Assembly (NCBI GenBank): GCA_964016885.1
Contig: OZ024743.1
Span: forward strand, 309,752,001-309,816,000
Length of the DNA stretch: 64,000 nucleotides
Source: Eledone cirrhosa
Lineage: Eukaryota
Reading direction: 5' to 3'
Shown: in pieces, positions 1 to 12,744 of the stretch
Position numbering within the stretch: the first letter of the stretch is position 1
Layout of the letters: each line of letters begins with the position of its first letter
The notes under the pieces: model-generated
Database searches by the model: none
The model's input: the letters and a program-made list of their open reading frames with translations, nothing else
What the model was told of the DNA's origin: nothing
Translations under genes and position numbers: made by a program

Positions 1-494
1 AATGAGAAATAAGATAGATTGAAGGGACGGGTTGAAATTGGAATAAATGTCTTTAGATAAAAATAACAGGTCCATTCATGTTGACATCTCATATATGTAT
101 ATATGTGTGTGCCTGTGTGTCCATATGTGTATGTGTGTGTGAAGTGTTCATGGCTGGAAAGATCGCAAATGACGGTAGCAATTGATGCAGAGTAGGTAGA
201 GTTACATGGTATAATTTCAACGGAATGTTTCTCTTCTTTTTGTCTTGTTAACAATCTTCTGTATATTGTGATACGCTCATCCTCATCACTAACCGCTAAG
301 TCAATATCCTACCATGTGTATAAATAATTGCCTATATTCCTAAAGTACAAGTGTTTTTCGTATCAAGATAATAATCCTATTATTTCTCTATCTCATTTCT
401 TTTTCTTTTCCGTTGGAATATTCGTGTTACATACTGTATTACGTGTTCCTACTTATAGCTAAATATTTAAAGAAATAACAGCAACTCTATAACT

Positions 495-765
495 ATAACC
501 ACCTCCACTACATCCATCTTCACTAACATCATCATCATTATCAACATCATCATCGTCATCATCATCATCATCATCGTCATCACCATCAATAATAGCAATA
601 ACAACGGCGACAACAATGACTACAAAATATACAAGTTTTAAAACAACAACAACAACAACATCAACACTATAACTACTTTCACCACAACCACACCACTACC
701 ATGATCATCATTATCACCTCACCATCAGCAATAACAACGACCATCTCAATAACGACAAAATATAC
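495..765. repeat. Low-complexity (CAT)n/(CAA)n/(CAC)n tract
   Basis: Runs of atcatc, aacaac and accacc visible directly. Confidence 0.85.
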
Positions 766-1244
766 AAATTAATCCAATTCACTTGCTGTCATTTCATTTC
801 CTTTTGCGTCATCTATATAACGAAACTGCCTAATCTCTTGGTGAATTCTTGTTGACGTAAAGCTCGAAGATGTGATATTTCAAATGATAAGAAAAGTTGT
901 CTTTCTATTAAAGACAGGCAAATATTCCCAGTTTCTAAGATCCATAAAACGCAAAGAAATATGGTTTTGAGATATAATAATATTAGAATAAAAAAAATCC
1001 ATATTTACTGGCTTCAAAAATTGATACAAAGCTCTCATATTGTTAAGTGTGAATGACGTATAATTGACTAACTTTACCATAATCTTCGAGTGGGGCTTAT
1101 TTTATCGACTTCATATTAATAACTGCATTGTTTCTTTCAAGGGACTATGTTAAAAAATAAACCTCATTTGGTCATTCCATGAGAGTATCTTAGAAAGCCT
1201 ATTAACTTTTCAGCCTACCCCAGTAATTCATTCTAACATTGCCA

Positions 1245-1432
1245 CAAGGTCAGTATATGTCGATTATATTGACATAGTACTTGGCAGGTGCTTTATTTTA
1301 TTTTAGTAACACCAGAAGGATGAAGGGGAAAGTTGACCCAGGTGGGATTTGAACTCAGAACGTAGAAACACGTAAATAAATACTGCAAAGAATTTTGTCT
1401 CACGCTCTACCGTTACTTCCAACCTACCACCA
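1245..1432 (-). mobile_element. Degenerate tRNA-derived SINE (family 1)
   Basis: Reverse complement matches the copies at 3051, 33418 and 58262 (ttctgagttcaaatccc B-box region, tttccccttcatcc). Confidence 0.75.
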
Positions 1433-2069
1433 TTGTGGCGTATTTTATTAAGATATTGAGTTTAATAGAAAATCAAAATCTCTATATAAATTTGAGCGAC
1501 TTCCCTCCGTCATACAATGTATGTATGTGTTTGTGTGAATGTTTGTGTGTGTTTAAAAGGAAGGAAGTGGATGGCGAAAAAGCTATAGCAAAACAGCGGC
1601 TGGCGTTCTATTTGTTATGTTGTGTGTGAGTGTATGTGTATGTGTGTTTGTGTAAATGTGTATGTGTGTGTGTGTTTGTGTGAATGTATGTCTGTGAGTG
1701 TGTATTTTTGTAAGTGTGTCGATGTTTGCGCATTTATATTTATATACTCCTAGATAAAAATGTATACATATGCACATACACGCATATACACATACGCGTC
1801 AGCGAGGGGAAAAATTCTACAGTTTTAAAATACTCTATCTCGCTTCGTAATGTACCAGAAAATACCACGTAGTTTCACATAAACAAAATATGTGGAGACA
1901 TTCTGTTTGACATTATTCAGTTCGGAGAGATTATTGTGTTGGTATAAATGGAATCGTCAAATATGGAACTAGCTGTAAAACAGTTATTCTCTATCTTCTC
2001 TCTCTCACACACTCTCTCTCCCTCTCTCTATGTATATGTATGTATGTATACGTTTATTTACGTATATAT

Positions 2070-2258
2070 GTCAGAATGGATGCAGTAAAAGCCTCTTAGA
2101 CCAGTAGTCACCAGGGTATTCGATTATAGGGGTAGTAGAGTGTGGTAATATGAAGGAGTCGGAACCCCGATGGCTGAGCTCCTGCCATTTCAAACAGCTA
2201 ATTCAGAACTAGCTGTTGAAACGGCAGGAGCTCAGCCGTCGGGGGTTCTGATTCCCAC
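2070..2258. mobile_element. PLE pseudo-LTR fragment ending in a fold-back of a hammerhead 3' half
   Basis: ~95-nt hairpin 2163-2258, each arm with GAAA-Yggc..gccR-TC-gggg; leader (gggtagtagagtg..gtaata) shared with copies at 10645 and 17250. Confidence 0.55.
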
Positions 2259-2856
2259 ACGCACACACACACACACACACACATGCACGCACACGCACAC
2301 GCACACGCACATATATATATATATATGTGAGAGAATTTCAACTGTGGCTTAATAAGTGAATGTATATTATTTCGGTATACACACAAAGTGGCTTAGAGGC
2401 ACAGACACACGCGTGTGTGTGTGTGTGTGCTTTTATATGTGTGTATGTTTGTGTGTGTTCTTGTATGTATGTGTGTTTTGTAGTCTGAAGTAGCATTTCA
2501 TTTCCAGACTGTTCTGAGGTATATCCTTTTTCCGATCATATTTATCAGATCTAAAGCAGATTAATGATGATAGGTTGTTCCACTTTACCGTAAATACTAA
2601 TCAAGTATATATTACATAGCTGACTGATATTCAAAGTAAAATCTCGCATTTTGTTTACAAAGTAAAACAAAGATAGTGTCATTGGCTCATTAAACTTGCT
2701 TAATAGAGCAAATATAAAGTAGTGTTGAAATTTCGCTATTGAAACATAATGGGACTTAATCTGCTAGAAAATATAATATAGCTCTAAGAGATCAACAAAA
2801 AGAAGTACTCTAGATGTGTACTTCAGTTACATTCCATTACCAGACATAGTTTAGAC

Positions 2857-3372
2857 CAAAGGTTCTCAAAGTGGATGGTATCGACCCTCTGGGGGCGTTG
2901 AGAAGGTTCAGTTGGGCGCTGCGGCCTAAGACGGTGGTAGAGATGATATAATAGTATATTAAATCTCAAATGATTCATATTATATATAAATATAATAAAA
3001 TAAAGAAATATATTTTTTATCATATATATATATATATACATATATTAAAAGGCGGTGGGTTGGCAGTATCGGTAGGGCGTCAGACACCATGCTTTACAGC
3101 ACAGAGTTGTGGCCCTTTACGTTTCTGAATTCAAATCCCGCCGAGGTTAGCTTTGCGTTTCCTCTTTACGCGGTCGATAAAATAAAGCACCAATAATACA
3201 CTGCAGTAATTGCTGGCCTTGTGTCAAAAGTAGAAACAATTATATATAAATTAGCGATTTTATATTGTAACATATTATTTACAATTTGTGGGTAGGTGGT
3301 TCTCTCTGGGGGCGCTGAGGGTATTACGTGGCTGTGAGGGTGGTAGTGGCTCCAAAAGTTTGCGAACCTGTG
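2857..3372. mobile_element. hAT-superfamily MITE
   Basis: Imperfect TIRs caaaggttctcaaa / tttgcgaacctgtg; perfect 8-bp TSD gtttagac at 2849-2856 and 3373-3380. Confidence 0.85.
3051..3243 (+). mobile_element. tRNA-derived SINE (family 1) nested in the hAT MITE
   Basis: A-box-like tggcagtatcggtag, B-box-like gaattcaaatccc, 3' end ctggccttgtg..agtagaaacaatt shared with other copies. Confidence 0.85.
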
Positions 3373-3419
3373 GTTTAGACCATAAAAGCAAGGTCTGAGG
3401 CATATTTGTGACAGTGTTC

Positions 3420-3670
3420 AGGTAGTAATGGTAAAGTTGTGAGTTCGATTGTACCATTGAGCAGGACACATAATTTTATGTTGATTCAGCTTTAGTCGAA
3501 TCAACTGTAAATCTCACTTGCGACGACACAGGTAACGAGACGTAGCAGCCTTTGCCTTTCTCTTGGAAAACAACGATGTCATAGTGACGGGAGACCTAGA
3601 TACATGCGTGACTGCTGCTCCGCCACAGTCACAATGAACAAGCTTGTGCCTTAGCGAGGTAAACCCATAA
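3420..3670 (+). mobile_element. Old tRNA-derived SINE (family 2) remnant
   Basis: gttgtgagttcgatt followed by ttgagcaggacac, as in copies at 10205 and 59340. Confidence 0.5.
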
Positions 3671-3807
3671 TCTGTTATTCATGGGTGTAAAGTACATTTT
3701 TAACCTAATATTTATGTAATATATTTCGAAGCTGCCGCGCAGTGGCAACGTGCTCGAGACAATGTGATTAAGGAGGGTACTTCTTAACTCCTAGTCCTAA
3801 TTAATGG

Positions 3808-4020
3808 TTTCTAATTTAGACACAAGGCCAACAATTTTTGGAGTGAGTAAAGTCGATTAAATCGACCCCACTGCGTTACTGGTATTTTATTTTATCGACC
3901 CCGTAATGATGAAAGACAAATCTAACCCCGGCGGAATTTCAACTTCGACCGTAAAGGACCCTGATTCTATTCTGCAAAGCATTGTGTCCGACGCTCCAAC
4001 AAACTGCCAAGCCATTGCCT
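3808..4020 (-). mobile_element. tRNA-derived SINE (family 1)
   Basis: cacaaggcca..actggta..ttttatcgacccc..gatgaaag..ggcggaattt is the reverse complement of the family consensus seen in the window. Confidence 0.8.
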
Positions 4021-4964
4021 ACTCCTAATCAATCCACGCTGTTTAAGTTCGCACTGTATGCAAATAAATATCCGTCACCGATGTTTTATTTGAGCTATAC
4101 GCACAAAAAGGTGTAAGCTATAAGCTATTCTTGTCTCAGTGACGAATGATTAAATATTCTCCTTCATACTTCCTTATATATTTTGAATAGTTTCCACTTT
4201 ATATAACATATGTGTGTTACTAAACGGTCTCTCTGGGACCCTTATACTACATTTCTAATTTTACAGTTTAGCTGTGGTCTTACTTTACAGACTTATCAAT
4301 TTCTTTCCGTTCAGGGGTTTTCTTAGAGGAGGAAGTTCTGATGAGTAGGGACTTTTTATGGGAATTACTGGTTTTTCTACCAACTTGATATTTAGATTCC
4401 AATCCAATCCGATCCAGGACCTTTTCCTTCCTGTTGGCGGGAACCCCTCCCTGATTGGCCTCCACCGCTTTCTGTTTGATTTTGCTCATGTGAGAAATGT
4501 AACAGTGCGCATCACACTTAACCAATTGCGAGTTAATGAAACTATTTAACACATAGTTCGGGTGGATGGCCGTTGGATCTGAGGAGTTCATTCACCCTTT
4601 TAACAGATATTGATTTTTATGCCGCTGGGGTAATTTTTAGTTTTTTTAAGCGCTTCTAAATCTATAAGATAATTATTCTCTGGAGAAATCATCGTATATA
4701 TAATTATAGTTTTTGTTATGCGAGCTTCACCTATCTAGTTGATCAGATCTATCGATCCGAACATGATTTAGATGTTTTTATTAAACTTTCCGGACAATTA
4801 TTTGTATATTTTTGTACATGTCATATTTGAAGGGGATTTGTATTTGTCGTGGACAGTTGAGCTGTCAGTTTCCATTTGAAACAGTTGAGACAATGTGGTG
4901 AATTGTGTATTTGTGGATGTTTCGTTTTTTTTTATGTATTTGTATTTGTGTAAAGGTCCATTTT

Positions 4965-5399
4965 TTAAAGCTATTACTGATAGCGACAGATTATTTTCTG
5001 TTTAAAGCTATTACTGATAGCTACAGTTATTTTCTGTTTAAAGCTATTACTGATAGCTACAGTTATTTTCTGTTTAAAGCTATTACTGATAGCTACAGTT
5101 ATTTTCTGTTTAAAGCTATTACTGATAGCTACAGTTATTTTCTGTTTAAAGCTATTACTGATAGCTACAGTTATTTTCTGTTTAAAGCTATTACTGATAG
5201 CTACAGTTATTTTCTGTTTAAAGCTATTACTGATAGCTACAGTTATTTTCTGTTTAAAGCTATTACTGATAGCTACAGTTATTTTCTGTTTAAAGCTATT
5301 ACTGATAGCTACAGTTATTTTCTGTTTAAAGCTATTACTGATAGCTACAGTTATTTTCTGTTTAAAGCTATTACTGATAGCTACAGTTATTTTCTGTTT
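4965..5399. repeat. 36-bp minisatellite, about 12 near-perfect copies
   Basis: Unit tttaaagctattactgatagctacagttattttctg; produces the FKAITDSYSYFL repeat in the ORF track. Confidence 0.95.
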
Positions 5400-5449
5400 C
5401 AAAATTCAAATCATCAAGCACTCCTACAAATCACACACACGCACACATA

Positions 5450-5634
5450 TATATATACAAATACAAATAGACCACGCGGCTGCATTACCGCTCGCTATCT
5501 TCAATTTGCAAAGCCCTTTAAACTGTGTCTTATTACTCTGAGGTTTATACCTTGTCGAGTGCTTGGCTGCACTGCTGAAAGCACTCGTCGGCTTAGCTGC
5601 GGCTCGAGCTTCGAATATGCTGTACTTTCATTTG

Positions 5635-5726
<92 letters not shown>

Positions 5727-5935
5727 TTTATACACCCACACACACAAAACACACACATATATATATATACAAATGAAAGTACAGCATATTCGAAGCTCGA
5801 GCCGCAGCTAAGCCGACGAGTGCCTTCAGCAGTGCAGCCAAGCACTCGACAAGGTATAAACCTCAGAGTAATAAGACACAGTTTAAAGGGTGTTGCAAAT
5901 TGAAGATAGCGACCGGTATTGCAGCCGCGTGGTCT
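5450..5935. repeat. ~180-bp inverted repeat enclosing (TA)n(TG)n
   Basis: 5470-5635 is the reverse complement of about 5770-5935 with few mismatches. Confidence 0.9.
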
Positions 5936-5965
5936 GTAGCAACGAAAGAACTGATCCGAGAGAAA

Positions 5966-6056
<91 letters not shown>

Positions 6057-6140
6057 AGTTTATCCCCGGGTTCAATCGGGGGTAACCACACTAAATATGG
6101 TACTCAATACATAGCAGAGTATACATATTTATATAGAAAT

Positions 6141-6236
6141 GTTTTCTACAGGATTAGAACTATTTCATTAGGAAGAAATCATCAGGAAGCCCTGATGATT
6201 TCTCCCGGATGAAACAGTTGTAGTCCTGTAGAAGCC
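6141..6236. ncRNA. Two head-to-head type I hammerhead ribozyme motifs (inverted PLE pseudo-LTR)
   Basis: Plus: CTGATGA(6192)-N12-GAAA-cag..ctg-TA-gaa; minus: ttc-CTGATGA-N12-GAAA-tag..ctg-TA-gaa; lies directly upstream of the PLE ORF. Confidence 0.7.
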
Positions 6237-6392
6237 ATTTTTATATTATATATATATATATATATAGTAATAATAATAAATTTGAAGACTAAAATCCAAA
6301 GAGGGCTCGATAAGGATAAATATATATCAAATATATAAGAACCGTAGAGCAATGGCTCCCTCGGTTGAGCCCTCTATTGATTTATATTCATC

Positions 6393-8521
6393 ATGCAGAA
6401 ACAAAATCTGAATATTTCTACAAAGAACATACCCGTACCAAGCAGGAAAACATACCTAAAACTCCTGATACAGAAAACAGACGCGTTCATTAAAAGGTTG
6501 CGTTGGCGTGCCTTTTATTTCGATAATCCGCGAAAAGCAGACAGCAAACAGGATAAATTTGGGTTTAAAACCTATAATAACCCCCCGTGTAACTCAGCAT
6601 TGCTACCCTTCGAAAATGTTGTCTTGGAACTCATACGGAGTATCAAATTTCGCAATAGGACCAATTCCTTCCAGCAGGACCTGAAGAATAGAATTCGTTC
6701 TATTAAGGATTCTAATGCCGTGCACGTCCATTCCGACAAAACTGGCAACCTATATCAAGTGGAGCGCAGTACTTACCATCAACTACTACATAATGCTGTA
6801 ACTAAGGATTACCGTAAAACTAATCGGTGCGTCATCAATGAAAACAGCGATGCTGGGTTTAAAAGCACATCTGATCTCAACATCCTGGACCGGACCGAAC
6901 CTCTGGACCCTATTTCTCCCCACTTTACCCTGCCGGATCAAAATCCAATTTTCCGAACAATCCCTCTATTCGGCTTATTAACCCTACGAAGTCCGATTTA
7001 GGTAGACTTAGTAAAACGATTCTTGATAGAATTATACCTGAAATTAGAATGTTGGCCCCTCTTGCACTGTGGAACAATTCTTTCGCGGTGATTGATTGAT
7101 TCAATGGCATATGTAACAAGGAACATTGCCGTTTTATCCAATTCGACATCAACAATTACTACTCCTCCATCACTTTACAACTTCTCCTTAGAGCTATCAA
7201 TTTCGCTAAAACACTCACAGTGGTTAAGGATTTCAAAGTTGACGTCATCCTCAATGCCCGTAAATCGGTGATTAATTTCGACGACTCTATTTGGATTAAA
7301 AATTCCAATAGTACCCCATTCGAAGTGAGTATGGACGCCAGCGATTCTGCGGAGGTTACTGATCTTATCGGCTTTTTCCTTCTTTTCTCTATCAAGGACG
7401 AACTCCCCAACGCGGGCGGTGGTTTGTACCGTGATGATGGTCTTTTGACCATGACTAAGTGCGCACCTCGTGCTTGCGACAGGTTCAGAAAAGAACTCAC
7501 AGCCTTCTTTAAAGGCGTCAACCTCTCTATACAGGTTGAGGCCAATCTCTCGGTCGTCATTTAGCTCGACGTTACCCTCAATTTATTGAATGGATTGTAT
7601 TACCCGTATAGAAAGCCGAATAATAAGCTTAACTACATACGTAAGCATTCCAACGATCCTGCCAGCATAACCAAGAACCTGGTAAGAAATGTTTCGTTGC
7701 GGCTTTCCCGTCTATCTACTAACGAGCATATTTTCAACGACCATTCCACTTATTACAATGAAGATCTTGCTCGGAGTGGATTTGTCGATAAGGTAGCTTA
7801 TACAGAGTACGAAAATAGACCTAGAAGTAATAGATCCCGTCGCATTTGTTGGTATAACCCACCATATAATATGGAGGTGGCCACACCATTAGCTAAGATC
7901 TTTCTTTCCCTTATTACGAAGCATTTCCCCCCTACACATAAATATAGTAAAATGTTTAATAGAAATACTATTAAAATTTCTTACTCTACGACTCCGAACC
8001 TTGCACATAACATCACAGCTTCAAATTTAGCTAAACTACCTAGCCGTAGGAACACGTGCAACCCTGTTGTTAGTACTAACTGTAATTGTAGGAATCGGGT
8101 TGATTGCCCCCTATCCGGGAAATGCCTCTCTAGTAACATTGTCTACAAATGTAAGGTTGAAACACCTACGTCCCGTAGGGCCTACATAGGGTTAACCGTC
8201 AATAGATTCAACCAGCGTCTTTACATGCATACCCATTCTTTTCGTTACCCTTTAAGAAGGAATATGACGTCACTTTCAGCTTATATCTGGAGTCTAAATG
8301 ACAACCACACCCAATATAAGTTACACTGGGAGATGCTAGCTAGGGCTAGATCGTATAACGGAAATAAAAGACCATGTGACCTCTGCGCCGCTGAGGCCCT
8401 GGAAATACTCTACGTCACAGACCACATCTTAAACAAAAAATCTGAGGCAATTTCGGCTTGTAAACATAAATTGCACAAAACTTTCCTGTATTACAGCCCC
8501 ACGTTATACCCTAACGGATAG
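6393..8521 (+). pseudogene. Penelope-like element ORF (RT plus C-terminal GIY-YIG endonuclease), disrupted; probably Hydra-type clade
   Basis: STKNIPVP..RLRWRAFYF N-terminus, DKTGNLY, YRDDGL RT motif, WYNPPY, CNCR..CPL.G.CL..IVY..YIG..R...H..SF..CDLC..E; frameshift and stops split it into 3 ORFs. Confidence 0.9.
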
Positions 8522-9112
8522 TATGATCTATACGTGGATATTTTACGTCTTGATGTGGTAGCTAAGTATTTGTTTTGTTTATACCATTACTTATTTGCAT
8601 AGGTAAGTATATTTTACCTGTATGTTTTGTGAAGGTACTTATACCTTCTTGTACGAATATTTGATTGTATATGTTATGGCGTATAATTTAATATATTCTG
8701 GTACATATGGTTTGGTTATGTGTATACGGGAGTTTTGCGTCTGTGTGAGTATGCTGGTTCGTACGTATATAGGGTGTGTGTATATGTGTACTTCATGTTT
8801 TGGGTGACTTACGTCTCCGAACATTTGTGTATTTACATGTAGGTATGTGTGTGCGCTTGTTATATACGTATTTATTTATTTATATACGTTTATTTAATTA
8901 TTTATTTATTTGTATTCACGCATACACACACACACACATATTTATATGTTCGTGGTTTTGTATACCTATGGTAAGTGGTTTCGCGTATGCTTGTGTATGT
9001 ACGTATTTGTATGCGTGTATGTATTTATTTCATTTCTATTACTTCTGTATTGTATTTATTTACTTTGTTCTTAACTCCGAAGCGGAGATTCATTCGGTCT
9101 CCTAGTTAGAAT

Positions 9113-9382
9113 TTTAGTCTACGACTTCTGCTATACAATTTACGTGGTTTTGTCTTTGCGTGCAATTGTTCTCCACGCTCCACATATGACGTATTATCTT
9201 CGTTTTTTTCGTTCATTGCCAGAGAACGTCTCTATGAACCACCTAAGAGAACTTTAGTCTACGACCTCTTTTATACCATAAACGTGGTTCTGTCTTTGCG
9301 TGTAATTGTTTTTCACCGCTCCTATTAATGACGTATTATATTCGTTTTTCCCGTTCTTTGCCAGGGAACGTTTCCACGAACC
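9113..9382 (+). repeat. Diverged ~140-bp direct repeat (2 copies) in the PLE 3' region
   Basis: tttagtctacgac..acgtggtt.tgtctttgcgtg..atgacgtattat..ttgccag.gaacgt occurs at about 9113 and 9253. Confidence 0.8.
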
Positions 9383-9552
9383 AAAGTATCGTCTTCCTGT
9401 CTTCCTCCGGTTGCAACGTTTTTTTAAATATCCACTTCCGCGTTTACAGATTGACTTTGTTAGTTTCAGAAGATTCCGCTAATGGTGAAAGCAGCGATTC
9501 TTTGCTTAAACTTTAATCTGTTATTTTAATGATATGTATATATATATATATA

Positions 9553-10100
9553 TGGTCGGGTCGTTGGCGACTAAACTGGCAACCCCACCAAGGTTTCTTG
9601 GTGAGGAGGGTGACTTTGGACATCCTGCAGGACTAAAAACAAAACCTGTCAAAGGGCAAAGGAGCTCTTAAGAGTCAATGGCCATCCAAAATCACCGGGA
9701 GAGACGACCCCTTAGCCTTTGTCAAGGCAGAATTCTAGGAGAAGGAAAACTCTGATATAACACCTGCAACCCTGATGGTATCCAATGATGTTGACTTGTT
9801 CTACTTTTTGGTAAATATCATCTTGGTTAAGAGAGTGGGACTGGCTCTGTGCAATGCCTTTGCTCACTATAAAAGCTTCATGGCACAGGCATTGCTTTAT
9901 ATCTGGAGATCTCTGCACTTGTCACATGGTACCATGGGCCCAGGACTATGTGTCAATAATTGTCACAAGTGTAGTGTTTGTACCAGAGTTATCAAGTCGC
10001 TGGCTGGACTCAAAAGTCACACTCATTCAGCGCATCGGTAGGGGTTCTCCTACATGGATATAAAGTAGTGGCCGTACTCGAAAACGAGTTGGCAGCCGCC
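9553..10100 (+). mobile_element. Non-autonomous RTE-derived element (5' UTR joined to 3' end)
   Basis: ggagaaggaaaactctga motif typical of RTE 5' regions; 3' part encodes CSVCTRVIKSLAGLKSH (RTE C-terminal C2H2-like); flanked by (TA)n; second copy at 63081. Confidence 0.65.
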
Positions 10101-10147
<47 letters not shown>

Positions 10148-10204
10148 TTAAAGTTTAAGCAATAAACACACACACACACATATATATATATATATTTAAT
10201 CAAT

Positions 10205-10370
10205 GGAGTCGCATGGGCTAGTGGTAAGCGTGTTGTGGGTTCGATTCCTGGGTTGCGTGTTGTGTTCTTGAGCAAAACACTTTCATTTCATCGCTCCAGT
10301 ATACACACCTGAAAATGAGTACCAGCAATAACTGGCGATTTAACTCTGCGATGGACTGACGTCATCTTAG
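10205..10370 (+). mobile_element. tRNA-derived SINE (family 2)
   Basis: gcatgggctagtggtaag A-box, gggttcgattcc B-box, ttcttgagcaaaacact central domain. Confidence 0.75.
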
Positions 10371-10644
10371 ACTAACTACATGTAAACAAAACATTTAAAA
10401 GACTAGAACAGTTCCAGTTAAACAATTATTGTCCTACACATAGACACACATGGATCAATTGGCTGTGTTAACAACCTTTGCATGCTCTCTGAGATCAATG
10501 AGATTGATGCTATTAATGCTTAGTTTAAATTCTTGTTGGTCGGCTTATTCACAGAGAGAGAGAGAGAGAGAAATATATATTTATTTAATTTGTAACATCA
10601 CATAAAATTTGAGAAGTAGATTTGTTTATTGTATATATATATAT

Positions 10645-10835
10645 AACAAAGGCGTTGTGGTAAGAAACCAGATGGACCATAACGCACCAGAGTACTCATA
10701 CTTAGGGTAGTAGAGTGGGTAATAGGAAAAAGTATGACCCCGACAGCAGAGCTCAAGCCGTTTCGACAGCTATTTCTGGACTGAAATAGCCGTCGAACCG
10801 GCTTAAGCTCTGCCGTCGGGGTCATACTTTTTCCT
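10645..10835. mobile_element. PLE pseudo-LTR fragment with hammerhead-half palindrome, in (TA)n
   Basis: Hairpin 10724-10835; homologous to 17250-17458 and 2070-2258. Confidence 0.6.
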
Positions 10836-12463
10836 TATATATATATAAATATATTTGGATTAGTTGGTTCACCACTGGAGAGAACTGGTCATCTGTGTGG
10901 TCAGCCACGATGTAATATTATGGAAAGCACTCAACGCAATGCAACCACCCGTCTTCGTTTGTGTAGTTGGTGGTGCGAGTACGGAGTTGATTATTACAAA
11001 ATAACAGGAGGCATGTTCTGGTGTAAATCCTTGAAAGGTTTATTTTACTATGATCATTTCAATGACCTGGTTCAGTATGAATCCGGTGACATCATCAGGT
11101 AATACAAAATATAACGAAGGAATATATCAGATAAAAATCTTTGGTGTTTAAATCAGAGACAAGAGGGCGGCCGGTGTTTTAGCGACTTGTAGCTGCGTAG
11201 ACCGTCCTCGAGTGCTGATATTTGGGTTAAGATACTACCTTATGGTGTGGGGCGTAAGTCTTTAATGTACTACCACTATTCCGTCAGATGGAAGTGCCAG
11301 CGCTGAGGTCACGCGTCAATCAGGCTGGTCAGGCATGCTTGATATTTCCGCGAAATAAGTTTTTTCAAGGGCAAACAGACATAAGGATTTAAAAGGGAGA
11401 GAGTCTGTGTGTGAATGAAAGAGAGATGCAAAGTGCCAGAGAGACCAAAACAGAGAGAGAGATTGTAGGAGAATGAAATACAGAGAGATTGACAGAGAAA
11501 GTGAGAAATAGAGAGTGTGTGTGATTAATATAGAGAGAAGGTGACAATTAACATAAGGAGCCTTTAATGAAGAAGTTTAGGTGTGATATATATAGTCACG
11601 ATAAATTGTAAGAGTGGTATATATATATATATATAGTAAAAATATGCCCGTGCTAGCGGTCAATAACCAGCGACGTTTAGGGATCCCGCTCTATCCACCC
11701 GCCAGCTGTTCCCAGTAATATCGTCTCGCGAAAGAAATAGAAATTAGTTTTTCCGAGCATTCCAGGAATGTAGCTGTGTTAGGCGTCGGTTGTGCCAGGG
11801 CGGAGCCACCCCTCCCCCTATCGCCGGCTGGCCATCGTATATACCAAGCGGTTGCTATTATATCACACAGTGTGGGGGGTATAGTTAAATGCTAGTTGGA
11901 AGATGCGTGATACAGTTAATGGTTATGACTAGGCCTAGAACATAAGGGTACTATTTGGCGGTCAGTGGCGGCGGCGGGTCGTTTCTCCGGCCCGGCAGAG
12001 CCCCGTGACGAAGGAGCGTTCCGAGTAATTTCGTTTATCGAAAGAAAGGGAAATTTATTTTTCAAAGCACTCAAGGAAGGCTAAAACGCCCGCTTGGCCG
12101 GCGACAGTCCGGAGATCCACCACATCCGTCGTATCATCGCGTGTTACCAGACAATTAATATTTATTCCCACCCGGTGTGTGAGGTTGAGAGTGGTAAAAC
12201 GCGATGAAATGCAAAAATAGCCTATGTCACGTCCCCAGCTAGTCCATGTTGTATTAGTGTGGTTCTAGGGTGGGTATGGGGACTGAATAAGGAAACAGAT
12301 GTATGGGTACATAGAGATCACATTGGTAGTTATGTACTGGGAATAGAGCGAGTAAGTACATACATAAGCAAAAGGAATAATACGCAACATCAGTCAATAC
12401 AATACACGCAATATTAAAATACGCAGAAATATTTAGAGGAATCAGTGAGGTCTGTCGTATTCA

Positions 12464-12640
<177 letters not shown>

Positions 12641-12705
12641 TGTCCCAAGGCTCTGATACCATCAACACTATAAACACAGAGCTGGCATATCTAAGAACTG
12701 ATTAA

Positions 12706-12744
12706 CTGCCTGATGAGGTCATAGCCATTCAATATATATAGCAG
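12706..12744 (+). ncRNA. Internally deleted hammerhead motif
   Basis: ctgc-CTGATGA-ggtcatagcc..tatata-TA-gcag, homologous to the intact motif at 31680 but lacking the stem II 3' strand and GAAA. Confidence 0.6.

Noticed and set aside
3051-3150. tRNA genes at A/B-box sequences
   Set aside because: No cloverleaf; these are SINE heads continuing into shared SINE bodies
4905-5903. 332-aa ORF or CRISPR-like 36-bp repeat
   Set aside because: Units are contiguous with no unique spacers and the context is eukaryotic; the ORF is a by-product of the repeat
9462-9500. Hammerhead-like cagaaga..gaaa downstream of the first PLE
   Set aside because: Core and stems too degenerate to support a call
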